From: a virus | Strand: one strand, 5' to 3' | Length of the DNA: 64,000 nt | IMG/VR virus record: IMGVR_UViG_3300042429_001107 | Part shown: piece after piece, positions 17,143 to 27,674 of the stretch | Numbering within the stretch: the stretch's first letter is position 1 | Layout: every line of letters starts with the position of its first letter | The notes under the pieces: model-generated | Databases searched by the model: none | What the model was told of the DNA's origin: nothing | Seen by the model: the letters and a program-made list of their open reading frames with translations, nothing else | Translations under genes and position numbers: made by a program

Positions 17143-18840
17143 ATGGATTTATTAGATAAGAACAAAGCAAAAATATCAGATCTATTATCACAGACTTTTG
17201 ATTTAATACAGGCAAGATATGGCATGTCTGAGCAACTATTTACTGTTGCTTCTGTTTGGGGACAAATAATATTTGTATTAGATAATCTATCCCAATTTAT
17301 TTTATTCTTTATTGAAGATTCAATAACAGAGCTTAATATAAATACAGCAACACGAGAATCATCTATATACGGATTAGCAACATTAGCTGGACACAACCCA
17401 ACAAGATCAATAGCAGCAAAGGGTGAGATTATAGTAAAATGGAACGGTAAAGGTCTAGAAAATATTGGGGGTGGAGCTATTCTTATACCCAATAATGCAC
17501 AGGTAAAATGTGTAAACAATGGTAGAACCTATCTTCTTAAATTAGGACAAGAATATGTTAGGATAAATCTTGATAACACAGCAACTTTATCTGCTTCAAT
17601 AATAGAAGGAACATTAAATACTAATCAATATACAGGAACAGGAAGAAAATTAGAAAGCTTTAATATATCGGCTAGAGGTACATCAGGAATAGAAAATTTT
17701 GAAGTTGCTGTTAGAGTAAACGGTAACACATGGAAGAAATATGATTCTTTATATGATATACCAAGAAATGCAAGAGGCTATATCGTAAAAAGTTCTTTAA
17801 TATCAGGTATAGATATTTTCTTCGGTACAGTAGATTTTGGGTTTCCCCCACCAGCTGGTTCTATAATAGAAGTTGATTATTTAGAGTGTGCTGGAGCGGG
17901 TGGTAATTTATTAGTAGATGATTCATCTCAAGCTCTTTTTAAATTTGATTCAGACGGAACTGATATATTTGGTAGAAATGTAACACTGAGTGAAGTTCTA
18001 CAAGTTGCCTGTACAATAGCTCCACAATTGGGAGCTAGTCAAGAGCCTATAGATTTAACAAGACTTCTTGCACCTAAAACATCTAGAAGTTTTGTTTTAG
18101 CAAACCCTACAAATTATATAACATTCTTCGAAAAATTTGGACAGTTTTCAATCATAGAAGCATTTACTACTTTTGATGATCAATACTTAGATGACGATAA
18201 TATTATCTATTTAATTCTTGTACCCGATATTCAATTAACACTAAAAACTAATGAAACATATTTTGATATTTCTCTTTCTAGATTCAAATTAACTAATGCT
18301 CAAAGAGATAGGATTTATCAGTTGTTAGATGAGAGTGGACAAAAAATAGTTACTACTGTGGTAAAAATATTAGATCCCGTACTTATTAAATATGTAGTAA
18401 ATATTGCTTTAACTATATTCGAAGGTAATGATCCTTCCACAATAAAAAACCAAATAACTAGTATATTAAGTGATTATTTTCTTAATATAAGAAGAAGAGA
18501 TAAAATACCTAGATCTGATTTAATTGCAGCAATTGAGTCTATTTCAGGAGTGGATTCGGTTTCTCTTTACTTTGTAGGAGAGGCTAATGAATTAGCCAAA
18601 TCACAAAGTCCAAATTCTCCAGATATTGGATTCGATGAATTTGGCGATATTGTTATGGGTAAAGACGAAATTGTTGTTATATCTGGCGGATGGGAAGATA
18701 GGAATGGTATTTATTATGACTACGGAGCTGGTATGGACACTCTATCTTCAGTGAATATAGATATTAGATCTATTGTACCAGTAACTTATAATACTAAAGT
18801 AAATAATATATTAAAAAGCTCACTAAATACAGGAAACTAA
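17143..18840 (+). CDS. Baseplate wedge protein, T4 gp6/baseplate J-like
   Basis: NINTATRESSIYGLATLAGHNP, IFFGTVDFG..PPAGSIIEVDY..GAGGN and IESISGVDSV motifs. Confidence 0.8.
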   Translation: MDLLDKNKAKISDLLSQTFDLIQARYGMSEQLFTVASVWGQIIFVLDNLSQFILFFIEDSITELNINTATRESSIYGLATLAGHNPTRSIAAKGEIIVKWNGKGLENIGGGAILIPNNAQVKCVNNGRTYLLKLGQEYVRINLDNTATLSASIIEGTLNTNQYTGTGRKLESFNISARGTSGIENFEVAVRVNGNTWKKYDSLYDIPRNARGYIVKSSLISGIDIFFGTVDFGFPPPAGSIIEVDYLECAGAGGNLLVDDSSQALFKFDSDGTDIFGRNVTLSEVLQVACTIAPQLGASQEPIDLTRLLAPKTSRSFVLANPTNYITFFEKFGQFSIIEAFTTFDDQYLDDDNIIYLILVPDIQLTLKTNETYFDISLSRFKLTNAQRDRIYQLLDESGQKIVTTVVKILDPVLIKYVVNIALTIFEGNDPSTIKNQITSILSDYFLNIRRRDKIPRSDLIAAIESISGVDSVSLYFVGEANELAKSQSPNSPDIGFDEFGDIVMGKDEIVVISGGWEDRNGIYYDYGAGMDTLSSVNIDIRSIVPVTYNTKVNNILKSSLNTGN

Positions 18841-18841
18841 T

Positions 18842-19087
18842 ATGGACAAACAGAGTTGGTACGAATTTATAGAATCACAAAATGATGATAGATCAAATAA
18901 AGGATTTGATTACGAAGGAAAGATCTTTGAAAAGACACTTTCTAACCAAATAATAAATGGTGATAATAATAGAGTAGATATATTAGCAAGTATAGAGAAA
19001 GTTGTTTATAAATTATTTGAAACCACTAAATACATAAAGAACTATATTAATTATACAGTTCCTAAAAATAATAAGTACGTAAGATAG
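18842..19087 (+). CDS. Small hypothetical baseplate-operon protein
   Basis: Separated by 1-nt gaps from the gp6-like gene and the next wedge gene. Confidence 0.55.
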   Translation: MDKQSWYEFIESQNDDRSNKGFDYEGKIFEKTLSNQIINGDNNRVDILASIEKVVYKLFETTKYIKNYINYTVPKNNKYVR

Positions 19088-19088
19088 G

Positions 19089-22000
19089 ATGACAACTCAA
19101 AATCTTTTATTTTTTAATAAAAAAGGGGATCAATATAATTTTCAATGGAATGGAAATTATTGGGAAGGTGCAGTTCTTTTTCCTATTGTTTCAGAAAAAC
19201 TTTTTGAAGTAGATAACATATTTATAATAGAAAAATTTTTAGATCTTTCTTCTGATATAAAATACGGATATCCTCATGCAGAATTAACAAGTCCAGGATC
19301 TCCTGTATGGAGAACAAGATGGGAATCTGACTATGACGGAACAACAGATGTATCTTCCACAATTTACACTTATGAACTTGGTGTAGATTCTGTTTTAGAT
19401 GCTCCTGTATTAGTTAAAGCTAATAGTGTAGAGTTTTATCCGGAATTAGTACCAGGAGACACTATATCATCTCCTGAAGGTATAGTTGTAACATCAGATA
19501 TCACTTCATCTTCAATGCAAATTAATATTGCGCTTAATTCTGATAGTGAAGGAATATACGATCGCACATTAATATTTGAGGATTATACAGATCCTAATAA
19601 TCCTGCTACTATTTTAAGAGTTAGTTTTCATGGTGAGGTTGAAGGAGAAGATAGTAGATTGGCTGTTATGCTCGGAAACTTTGGTAGAGAATTTACCAAA
19701 TCCGACGCATTCATAGTTAGAGATGGTGATATTAAAGAACCGTTACCTGACTATGAAATAATCAATAAGAAAAGGAAGGAGCTATTATTAGAAGGAGAGA
19801 GTATATTTCCTTACTTAGGATCTTATAAATCGCTTTTTAATGCGATTAAATTCTTTGGCTATTATGATTTAAGGGTTAAAGAATATTGGCTTAATATAAA
19901 GACTGATACAGCTGATACATTAACTCCTTTACAACAGAATAATAATATATTAAACCAACTTGCTAAACCTAATATGCAAGGAGAAAGCTCTTTGGAACTT
20001 ATAAGTAGTTTATTAAAAGACGAAAATCAAGGTAAATTTAAACAGGTAGAGGTTTACGGAAAAAGAAAAGATGGTACTTTCGGATTAAAAAAACAATTTG
20101 AAGAAATATTCCCAACTAAATCTTACAAGAAGACTTCTCTATTTGGACTTTTTTATGATATTAATCGTGTAGTAGAAGGGCAAGACGAGGATCAATATGG
20201 ATACCCTATTGTTGAGGATTCTTTTGTTTTTAGTCCAGAGGAGGTTTTAATTAAATTATTCGGATTAAAAGAAAGATTAAAGAGAGATTATTTGCCACTT
20301 AATGCTAGAATTGTTGATATAACTGGTGAGGGTGTATATTTCAATATCTATAAAACAAGAGGTTGGACAGACGTACTAGATGTTTCTGAAGTAAAGGCAG
20401 GTATACAAGTAGACTTTAGTGTATTTCCTAAAGAAGGTTATATTGAGGATTTAAGAGTATTTTATACTAAACCCAATCAATCTGGTATATTATACCCTGC
20501 TGTAAATGGAACAGAGCTAGGAATAAGTTATTATGGTAATACCGTGGATCCTTATTCTTATTTTCAAGAATATCCTATATCGGCTATTCCTTTATTAAAG
20601 ACTGCAGTTGATAGTTACTATCAAGATATAGATAATGGAGAAATGCCTAAATTTTTAGGCGATGGCGATTACAATCCTCCGGGATATAAGTTATTCTCTG
20701 ATGGGTCTGATTATGTGCTTCCTGCAGGATGTCCTGTGATAATAAAAAATAATACATTCAATCTTTCTTGGGATGAAACAGGAGTAAGCTGGAGATCTTT
20801 AGATTCAACAGTTACTACAACACCTTTAGAAGTTGCAGACTATAATTCAACTACATCTAGTAATCCGGGGGGTCAATTACAGATTGTTAACAGTACAACT
20901 TCTTTAATACTAGATCCTTCACTCCCTAATGGTATAAATATAAATATAGGTACAGGTAAAGATTGGTTTGATACCACATTACCTGAGACATTATTTGTGA
21001 GAATTGAATCTATAGATTCTCCTGGAAATTTATACTTAGGATATGTTAGTGCTGGAGATTATAATACAGTTACTGGTAATCTATTTGTACAGGTAGTTTA
21101 TACTAGAGGCACAGGAACTTATGCTAATTGGAATGTCACTCCTACAAATATAGGATTTAGTGCATACACTTTTGAATACTATGAGAATTTTGTACAATCT
21201 GGGGGATTCTATTCTTGGGATAGATTACCTTATTTAGATTTCTATGAAATAGAATGGACAATATACAAAGAAGATAGTAGACCTTATTACTTTCAAATTA
21301 GAGGAAAATTACCAGAATTAGAAACACTAGTGCATTTCTTACCTTATGATGGTAATTACAATGTTAAATGTAGGGTTTGGGACACTTTAAATTCAATTTC
21401 TTTAGGAATAAAAAGAAGTGTAATAAAAGTCAATAAGAGACAAATAGAACTTAATACACTTACAAGATTTAGAGAATCGGAAGTTTATGATTGGAATAAT
21501 GTTCCTTTGAAATGGGAAAGTTATCCTTCACAATGGATATTCCCTGTAGAGAATACTAATAAGATATTAGATATTTCAGATTTTATACAAAAATATCCGG
21601 AGTATTCTAATAATTTTAGTGAGGGACAAACATGTGAAATATTAACTAAATTACCGGAAGTAAAAGCCACATCAACTTTTGATATTTCGATAATTAAAAT
21701 CAATATAACAAATATAGTTAGTCCTTATAATTCGGGATACAGTTTAGCTGTAGTTACTACTACAACTCCTCATGGATATACAACAGGAGATACTGTATGG
21801 ATTTACGATTCTGTTGGAGCTCCTTATGGACAATTTCCTATAATAGTAACAGGGACAAACACATACGAAATCCCACAAATAATAACTACCTCCATTACTG
21901 GTGGTTATTCTTATGGCGCTGGTAGTATAAAAGTGATAGCTGATTCAATAGTTATTGCAGATTGTAATTTCATGGGGGATTTAAACTCCACTTGTAGTTT

Positions 22001-25000
22001 AATATATTCATCAATAAACCTTTCATTGGTAACTCCAAAATGTAAGGTGATAAATTTAATAGATTCTAATATTTCTGGTTATAAGACTTTCACTATACAG
22101 GCTCCTAATGATTCGGGTGATATATTTAATGGCAAATCTTTAATTTTACAAACAACGGGGTCAATAATAGCAACACCAACAGTGACTTCTTTCTCTGGAG
22201 GATTAAACCAGAGAGAAGAATATCTTTCATATGATTTTAATACAATTCCAAATTCCATAATGAAATATTGGGGTACTAAGAGATTATCATGGGATACATT
22301 TGAAGATTTTGAATTCCAAAAAGCATATGCTCACACTTGGGATATGTATGATTACCATAATGATTGGTTAGGTGGATTTGATTTATACTCTTTACAGTAT
22401 GGTGACAGAGTGAAAGTTACTGATGATTCTACGGGTATTGTATTTGGAGAAACAGATTCACCTATTAATAGTTATTTGGATCTTTCCGAAGCTGCAGATC
22501 AACTTAATGATTCAATCGATGATAATATAAAAAGATTTGATTATATAGTTAGAGGATTTTCTGAATTACCAAATAGGTTTTACCCTAATGGCGATCCTAT
22601 ATCTCCAGATTTAAGTACTAATCCTGGACCTCAAAATATTAGATCTACATTTTATAAAATCCCTGAATACTCACCTGTAGCATTTTTACCTACAGGAATT
22701 GCTTGGGATGGTGATGGGGATATATGGATAACAGGAGAAGACGTAGTAAAATTTGATGGTGCTAATTATGTTACATATAATTCTGCTAACAGTGTTTTAC
22801 CAGGGATTGGCCTATCTACTAATTGTATAAAAATAGACAGAAACGATGTTAAATGGATTGGTTTAGAAAATAGCCTTAATCCGCTTGTTAAAATAGATGA
22901 TAAGGATCCCACAAATAGCATTGCATATTCTGTTAGTGATTTTGTTGATAATGGTGGTAATCCAGTTTCTCCAGTAATAGCTTCGAGTATACATGCAATT
23001 GAAATAAATCCGCAGTCGGGAGATATATTTGCTGCATTTGTTTGTAATGCTTCACCTTCCTATGATGGACTTTTATTCTACGATTCATATGCTAAATCGT
23101 GGCATCTTTATACGGTATTAAATTCTAATATTCCTTCTGATAATATAAGAGATATTAGATTGGAATATTACGGAATAAATAAATGGTATCTTTGGATTGC
23201 TACTGATACAGGTCTTTCTAAATTTAATGGTGTAGATTTTAAAAATTACGACACAACAAATTCTGGTATTCCTTCCAATTCAATTTATTCTATAGAGCTT
23301 GATTCATTGAATCATAAATGGTTAGGCACAGCAGATGGATTAGTTTATTGGGATAATATAAGATGGGCAGTATGGAATAATGCTACTAATCCTGAACTAT
23401 CTTTAGGTACATTCGGTAATATAGTGGAAACTGGAAATGCTAATATATGGTTTACTATAGATCCTTCAACTTCTCCTGGAGACACAGAATTATATTTCTT
23501 TGACGGATACTTTTTCACTAAAGTACTATATAGAAATGACGGAACAACATTAATAAATCCTTGCAATATATTTCATGGAAAAACTCTTCTTTCTGCTCCT
23601 TGGAAAACTATTAAAAATGGTGAAACCACTTACCCTAAAAATTTACTACTTGTTACAGATCTTGGAGAACTTGCTAAGATTGATTATGTGATACCACATA
23701 TACATGCCACTTCAAAATTTCCGGGCACACAAGGATGGGATTTCGTTTATCATGATACTTCTACACCTTTACCTGCGGTTCAATACATTTATAATGGAGG
23801 CATTGGATTCTCTCAATTAGGATTTAACTTTATTATAGGTAACGGAGGAGACAATCTCACACTAAACTCTGATTACACTAGACCTGTCATGCCTAACGTA
23901 GATAAATACTCTTGGTATAAGCCTATTTGGCAGCGTTATAACATACATAAACTGAAAGACCAGTTTCCATCTTTAAACCTTAACGATGTCTTCTTATACG
24001 CTCCGCTACGAGATATTATAGAGGGAAAAGCAACCAAAGAAAGTTACTGGAGAAATTCACAAATAGAAAGAATAGCACAGAAGAAGTCTAGAAATCTTTT
24101 TGAGAATTTTGAATGGATAATCACATTGGGGAATAGCCAACCAGATCAAGGTGTTAAAGTCACCGTTGATAAAGAAGGCGATGTGATTGCAATAGGAGAC
24201 TTTCAAGGAACAATATTCATGGGAGAGGTTAATAACATAGGTACACAGGACGTTTATTTAACTAGTGCAGATTCTGGTGTTTATATTAGTAAGTATAATA
24301 AAGGAGGGGTTTTACAGTGGGCAAGATCCATCTCTACAACTTCACCACAAGGACCGATATATGCTAGATCGGTTACGACCGATGTAAATTCTAATGTTTA
24401 TGTAGCAAGTGATAACAATCTTACTGGATTCATAGAAATTGATAAGTATAATAGTTCTGGGCTTCTTTTAAACACTGTTAATATACCAATATCTCCCGAT
24501 CAATTCTTAGGTGATATTAAAGTTGATAAGTACGAGAACATTTATATCTGTGGAGGATTCCAAGGCACATTAAATCTAGGAATTCACACCTTGTCATCGT
24601 CACAGGATGTAGGATTTATTGCTAAAATGGATTCAACCCTAAATTTTGTATGGGCAAAAGAACTAGACTCTACTACCTATTCAAGAGCTTATGAATTAAC
24701 TATTATGAATGAGTCTGATATTTATATTACTGGATTATTCCAAAATGATATAGATCTAGGAGCTATTTCTTTAACAGGAGTCGGTATTCCTGATATGTTT
24801 GTTGGTAAATTTTACTCAGGGGATGGTGCTTGTATATGGGCAGAATCATTTGCTTATGATGCTTCAACATCTTTCGTTTCTCCTTCTATTTGTTTAGATC
24901 CTAAGGGACATATATTAATTACAGGATCTTTCCAAGGAACTATGACAATACAGAATAGCAAAATCACATCATTCCCTGGATACGATGATATATTTGTTGT

Positions 25001-25853
25001 TAAAATTCTTTCAACTGGGAAATTAATATGGCTTAAAATGTGCGGAGGAGCATCAGGAGACACTTCCCATGATATAGAAAGCGATTCAGAAGAGAATGTT
25101 TATATAACAGGATCTTATACATCTGGTTCTTATTTTTCACCAGAGGAGATTGATTCAAGAGGAGGCACAGACATATACTTAACTAAATTTAATAAAGACG
25201 GAACTTTAGTAGATATAGTTACTGCTGGCGGAATTAATAATGATTCGGGTGCAGATCTTGTACTTGATTCAGAGGAGAATATTTATATAACAGGTTACTT
25301 TGAAGGCGAAGCTGAATTTTCACCTTATGTAGTTACATCTCCTCCCGGAGGTAGTCTTGATGCTTTCTTGGGTAAAATACCAAAGGAAAGATTTAATTCA
25401 GGCTATAAGATAGGAGCAGTTCAATCTTGGTTAGGGTCTCATTCATGGGCATGGAAGGAAGAAAAATTCTTCCAAGAAGAATTTGAAATACCTTTAGCTA
25501 CCACTATATTTATAAATCCTATTGATTCTTTAGTACCTGGTAAGAAAGATCATATATGGACTTTAACTGATACTGAAACAGGGGAAGTCATAGCTAAGAT
25601 TAGAAAGACACCATATTTTATATGGACATTTGTAAATTCCGGATTTTATACAATCTCTTGTGAATTACAGGATGCTAATGGTAATCTTTATCAAACTGAG
25701 CACAAAGGAAAAATTAGAGTGATAGATCATAAAAATCCTACTGCTGGTGATTTAATTCCCGAGATAGTTAATCCTGAAGATTATCTTCTGAGATCAATAT
25801 ATTATGATAGAAAAGAAATGGGGTTTCCGCCTTTGTCTAAATTTGAAATTTAA
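19089..25853 (+). CDS. Giant baseplate wedge protein (gp7/gpI-like N-terminal region) with two beta-propeller arrays (Reg_prop-like and SBBP-like)
   Basis: GSYKSLFNAIKFFGY..VKEYW (gpI/gp7-like); NSGIPSNSIYSIELD..KWLGT.DGL repeats; DSEENVYITGxF and DIF/YxxKxxxxG repeats. Confidence 0.65.
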   Translation: MTTQNLLFFNKKGDQYNFQWNGNYWEGAVLFPIVSEKLFEVDNIFIIEKFLDLSSDIKYGYPHAELTSPGSPVWRTRWESDYDGTTDVSSTIYTYELGVDSVLDAPVLVKANSVEFYPELVPGDTISSPEGIVVTSDITSSSMQINIALNSDSEGIYDRTLIFEDYTDPNNPATILRVSFHGEVEGEDSRLAVMLGNFGREFTKSDAFIVRDGDIKEPLPDYEIINKKRKELLLEGESIFPYLGSYKSLFNAIKFFGYYDLRVKEYWLNIKTDTADTLTPLQQNNNILNQLAKPNMQGESSLELISSLLKDENQGKFKQVEVYGKRKDGTFGLKKQFEEIFPTKSYKKTSLFGLFYDINRVVEGQDEDQYGYPIVEDSFVFSPEEVLIKLFGLKERLKRDYLPLNARIVDITGEGVYFNIYKTRGWTDVLDVSEVKAGIQVDFSVFPKEGYIEDLRVFYTKPNQSGILYPAVNGTELGISYYGNTVDPYSYFQEYPISAIPLLKTAVDSYYQDIDNGEMPKFLGDGDYNPPGYKLFSDGSDYVLPAGCPVIIKNNTFNLSWDETGVSWRSLDSTVTTTPLEVADYNSTTSSNPGGQLQIVNSTTSLILDPSLPNGININIGTGKDWFDTTLPETLFVRIESIDSPGNLYLGYVSAGDYNTVTGNLFVQVVYTRGTGTYANWNVTPTNIGFSAYTFEYYENFVQSGGFYSWDRLPYLDFYEIEWTIYKEDSRPYYFQIRGKLPELETLVHFLPYDGNYNVKCRVWDTLNSISLGIKRSVIKVNKRQIELNTLTRFRESEVYDWNNVPLKWESYPSQWIFPVENTNKILDISDFIQKYPEYSNNFSEGQTCEILTKLPEVKATSTFDISIIKINITNIVSPYNSGYSLAVVTTTTPHGYTTGDTVWIYDSVGAPYGQFPIIVTGTNTYEIPQIITTSITGGYSYGAGSIKVIADSIVIADCNFMGDLNSTCSLIYSSINLSLVTPKCKVINLIDSNISGYKTFTIQAPNDSGDIFNGKSLILQTTGSIIATPTVTSFSGGLNQREEYLSYDFNTIPNSIMKYWGTKRLSWDTFEDFEFQKAYAHTWDMYDYHNDWLGGFDLYSLQYGDRVKVTDDSTGIVFGETDSPINSYLDLSEAADQLNDSIDDNIKRFDYIVRGFSELPNRFYPNGDPISPDLSTNPGPQNIRSTFYKIPEYSPVAFLPTGIAWDGDGDIWITGEDVVKFDGANYVTYNSANSVLPGIGLSTNCIKIDRNDVKWIGLENSLNPLVKIDDKDPTNSIAYSVSDFVDNGGNPVSPVIASSIHAIEINPQSGDIFAAFVCNASPSYDGLLFYDSYAKSWHLYTVLNSNIPSDNIRDIRLEYYGINKWYLWIATDTGLSKFNGVDFKNYDTTNSGIPSNSIYSIELDSLNHKWLGTADGLVYWDNIRWAVWNNATNPELSLGTFGNIVETGNANIWFTIDPSTSPGDTELYFFDGYFFTKVLYRNDGTTLINPCNIFHGKTLLSAPWKTIKNGETTYPKNLLLVTDLGELAKIDYVIPHIHATSKFPGTQGWDFVYHDTSTPLPAVQYIYNGGIGFSQLGFNFIIGNGGDNLTLNSDYTRPVMPNVDKYSWYKPIWQRYNIHKLKDQFPSLNLNDVFLYAPLRDIIEGKATKESYWRNSQIERIAQKKSRNLFENFEWIITLGNSQPDQGVKVTVDKEGDVIAIGDFQGTIFMGEVNNIGTQDVYLTSADSGVYISKYNKGGVLQWARSISTTSPQGPIYARSVTTDVNSNVYVASDNNLTGFIEIDKYNSSGLLLNTVNIPISPDQFLGDIKVDKYENIYICGGFQGTLNLGIHTLSSSQDVGFIAKMDSTLNFVWAKELDSTTYSRAYELTIMNESDIYITGLFQNDIDLGAISLTGVGIPDMFVGKFYSGDGACIWAESFAYDASTSFVSPSICLDPKGHILITGSFQGTMTIQNSKITSFPGYDDIFVVKILSTGKLIWLKMCGGASGDTSHDIESDSEENVYITGSYTSGSYFSPEEIDSRGGTDIYLTKFNKDGTLVDIVTAGGINNDSGADLVLDSEENIYITGYFEGEAEFSPYVVTSPPGGSLDAFLGKIPKERFNSGYKIGAVQSWLGSHSWAWKEEKFFQEEFEIPLATTIFINPIDSLVPGKKDHIWTLTDTETGEVIAKIRKTPYFIWTFVNSGFYTISCELQDANGNLYQTEHKGKIRVIDHKNPTAGDLIPEIVNPEDYLLRSIYYDRKEMGFPPLSKFEI

Positions 25854-25861
25854 TAATTATT

Positions 25862-26134
25862 TCAATAACATTCATCTATTAATTTAGCCAATTTTATATC
25901 CTTTTCAGTTATTATATCTCCTGCATCATGAGTTGATAACTTGAGAGATATTTTGTTATAAATCCAATTAATTTCGGGATGATGTTTTTCCTCTTCACAT
26001 ATTATTGAAATCTCATTTATAAATTTTAAAGCCTGTTTAAAATCCTGAAAATTAAAATTTCTTTCCAGTTTATTATAAACTTCTGTCCAATCGGAATTTG
26101 ATTGGAATTTTTTATATGTCTTTAGATTTATCAT
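25862..26134 (-). CDS. phhB: Pterin-4-alpha-carbinolamine dehydratase
   Basis: F.DF..A..F...I....E...HHPEI...YN.....LSTHD family signature; start moved to ATG 26134, just after the upstream gene's stop. Confidence 0.85.
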   Translation of the reverse strand: MINLKTYKKFQSNSDWTEVYNKLERNFNFQDFKQALKFINEISIICEEEKHHPEINWIYNKISLKLSTHDAGDIITEKDIKLAKLIDECY

Positions 26135-26144
26135 ATTATTAAAA

Positions 26145-27665
26145 TTATATAACATACCGTGAAACTAATCCTTTATACCAGTTTATTTCGCCTTGATCTA
26201 TTTTATAGTTTTCTCCCTTTATAAGTTGGTTATCTTTAGTAAATTCGGGACTTTCAAAATATGAAATTAACTCTCCTGGTTTAATTGCCTCTATTTTATC
26301 AATACAATCGCTGTTAATTAATGTTATTTCAACGCTCTGACCGTTCACTGTTTCATTTCCTGAGTGATAACCAGACATTCCGCAAATACTAGCTAATTTG
26401 TATTCTCTTTGGTCTATATCGCTATCGCTTTTATGGAAAAACTTAGTTCCTTTTTTTAGTGTTATTTTATAAACTGTTGGAAATAAATTTTGAGATAAAT
26501 TCGGGATAGGCCTATCAGCATCTAATCCGAATCTCAAATAGCAATAATAGAAAGCATATGGTATATTATTAGTTACATACATAACTTTTCCTGAAACCCT
26601 TTCCCTATATCCTCCTTCTTTATTGATAAGGTATGATACATTTTCTAAATTAAGATTATTAAAGTTTTGCCCAGAATAAACAATATTTCCACCAATTAAT
26701 CCATCTTCACTTTTTATGGCCACTTTAGTATCTTCAGTTCCTATTTCAACATATTCCATTCCATTCACATAATCCAAATTATTCATTGTCATATCCAATG
26801 CCATCTCTGATATTGTTTTATCTTTCAGATTTTCCTCAGCCCATGTTAATAAGTCCATACCCCATCCCGAAATTTGAAAGTTGGGTTTATCTGGTATTAT
26901 AGACATACCCCGTGACTTATTGAAGAGTTCTTCGTATCTACTTTGGACTTTATCATAGAGTTCAACTGTATTTACAAATTCGCCCGAGTTCCATTCAAAG
27001 CTTTTTAATTTATGATTTAACTCAATAGTATAAGCCTTGAATCTCTTAAATATGTCTGTTTCTAATATTTTTTTGTTTCCATCAGAAGCATTAAATTTAT
27101 CTATAAAAGCATATGTGTCTCTGTTCTTAAAATTAGGACTCCCGTCGATACAGCTAAAGAATTTATTAAACTCTTCTTTTTTTGATTCAAAATCATTTTT
27201 TATAAATGAAGAAATTTTGTTATATTTAGCGACATCTTCATTATATTTTTCTAACTCTTTAGTTAGTTTATTTTTTTGAACTACTTCTTTTATATTATCA
27301 TATTCTCTAATTATGTATTGATAGAGTGAGCTAATATACATAATTAGATATTCGGCATCATCTGATGATATTTCTCCTAGTTCTGAATACCAATCACCTG
27401 AATCGAGTATGGTTTTAAATTTCTCACGTAACCTAATAGCTATGTTCGAGCCTCCTTGATTATTTTTATCTATTTTTTGCTGTAGTCTATCGGAAAATTC
27501 TTTCTTTTCTTCGTCATTTAATCCCTCGTAAATGTCTCTTAATAGCTTTACCTGAGCATTTATTTCTTTTCTATCGGCTCCGGTAAAGCTCCTAGCTATT
27601 TTACTAAAAATGCCTTCATTAACATTACTATCGATAAAATCATTAAAACTTTTTATTCTTTTCAT
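26145..27665 (-). CDS. Capsid-tagged protein with putative C-terminal ADP-ribosyltransferase-like domain
   Basis: N-terminus MKRIKSFNDFIDSNVNEG; C-terminal IVYSG / VMYVTNNIPYAFYY / PTVYKITL / VEITLIN follows the ART strand order. Confidence 0.45.
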   Translation of the reverse strand: MKRIKSFNDFIDSNVNEGIFSKIARSFTGADRKEINAQVKLLRDIYEGLNDEEKKEFSDRLQQKIDKNNQGGSNIAIRLREKFKTILDSGDWYSELGEISSDDAEYLIMYISSLYQYIIREYDNIKEVVQKNKLTKELEKYNEDVAKYNKISSFIKNDFESKKEEFNKFFSCIDGSPNFKNRDTYAFIDKFNASDGNKKILETDIFKRFKAYTIELNHKLKSFEWNSGEFVNTVELYDKVQSRYEELFNKSRGMSIIPDKPNFQISGWGMDLLTWAEENLKDKTISEMALDMTMNNLDYVNGMEYVEIGTEDTKVAIKSEDGLIGGNIVYSGQNFNNLNLENVSYLINKEGGYRERVSGKVMYVTNNIPYAFYYCYLRFGLDADRPIPNLSQNLFPTVYKITLKKGTKFFHKSDSDIDQREYKLASICGMSGYHSGNETVNGQSVEITLINSDCIDKIEAIKPGELISYFESPEFTKDNQLIKGENYKIDQGEINWYKGLVSRYVI

Positions 27666-27674
27666 CTAAAATAA

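Noticed and set aside
18842-19087. Capsid tag at the start of the small baseplate-operon ORF (MDKQSWYEFIES)
   Set aside because: Only a partial match lacking the basic/hydrophobic lead-in, and the gene is coupled between two wedge genes; not counted as cargo.
1-25853. Bacterial contractile injection system (eCIS/T6SS) or tailocin
   Set aside because: A neck protein, T4-like primase/SSB/UvsW/polymerase and phoH occur on the same segment, which indicates a phage genome.
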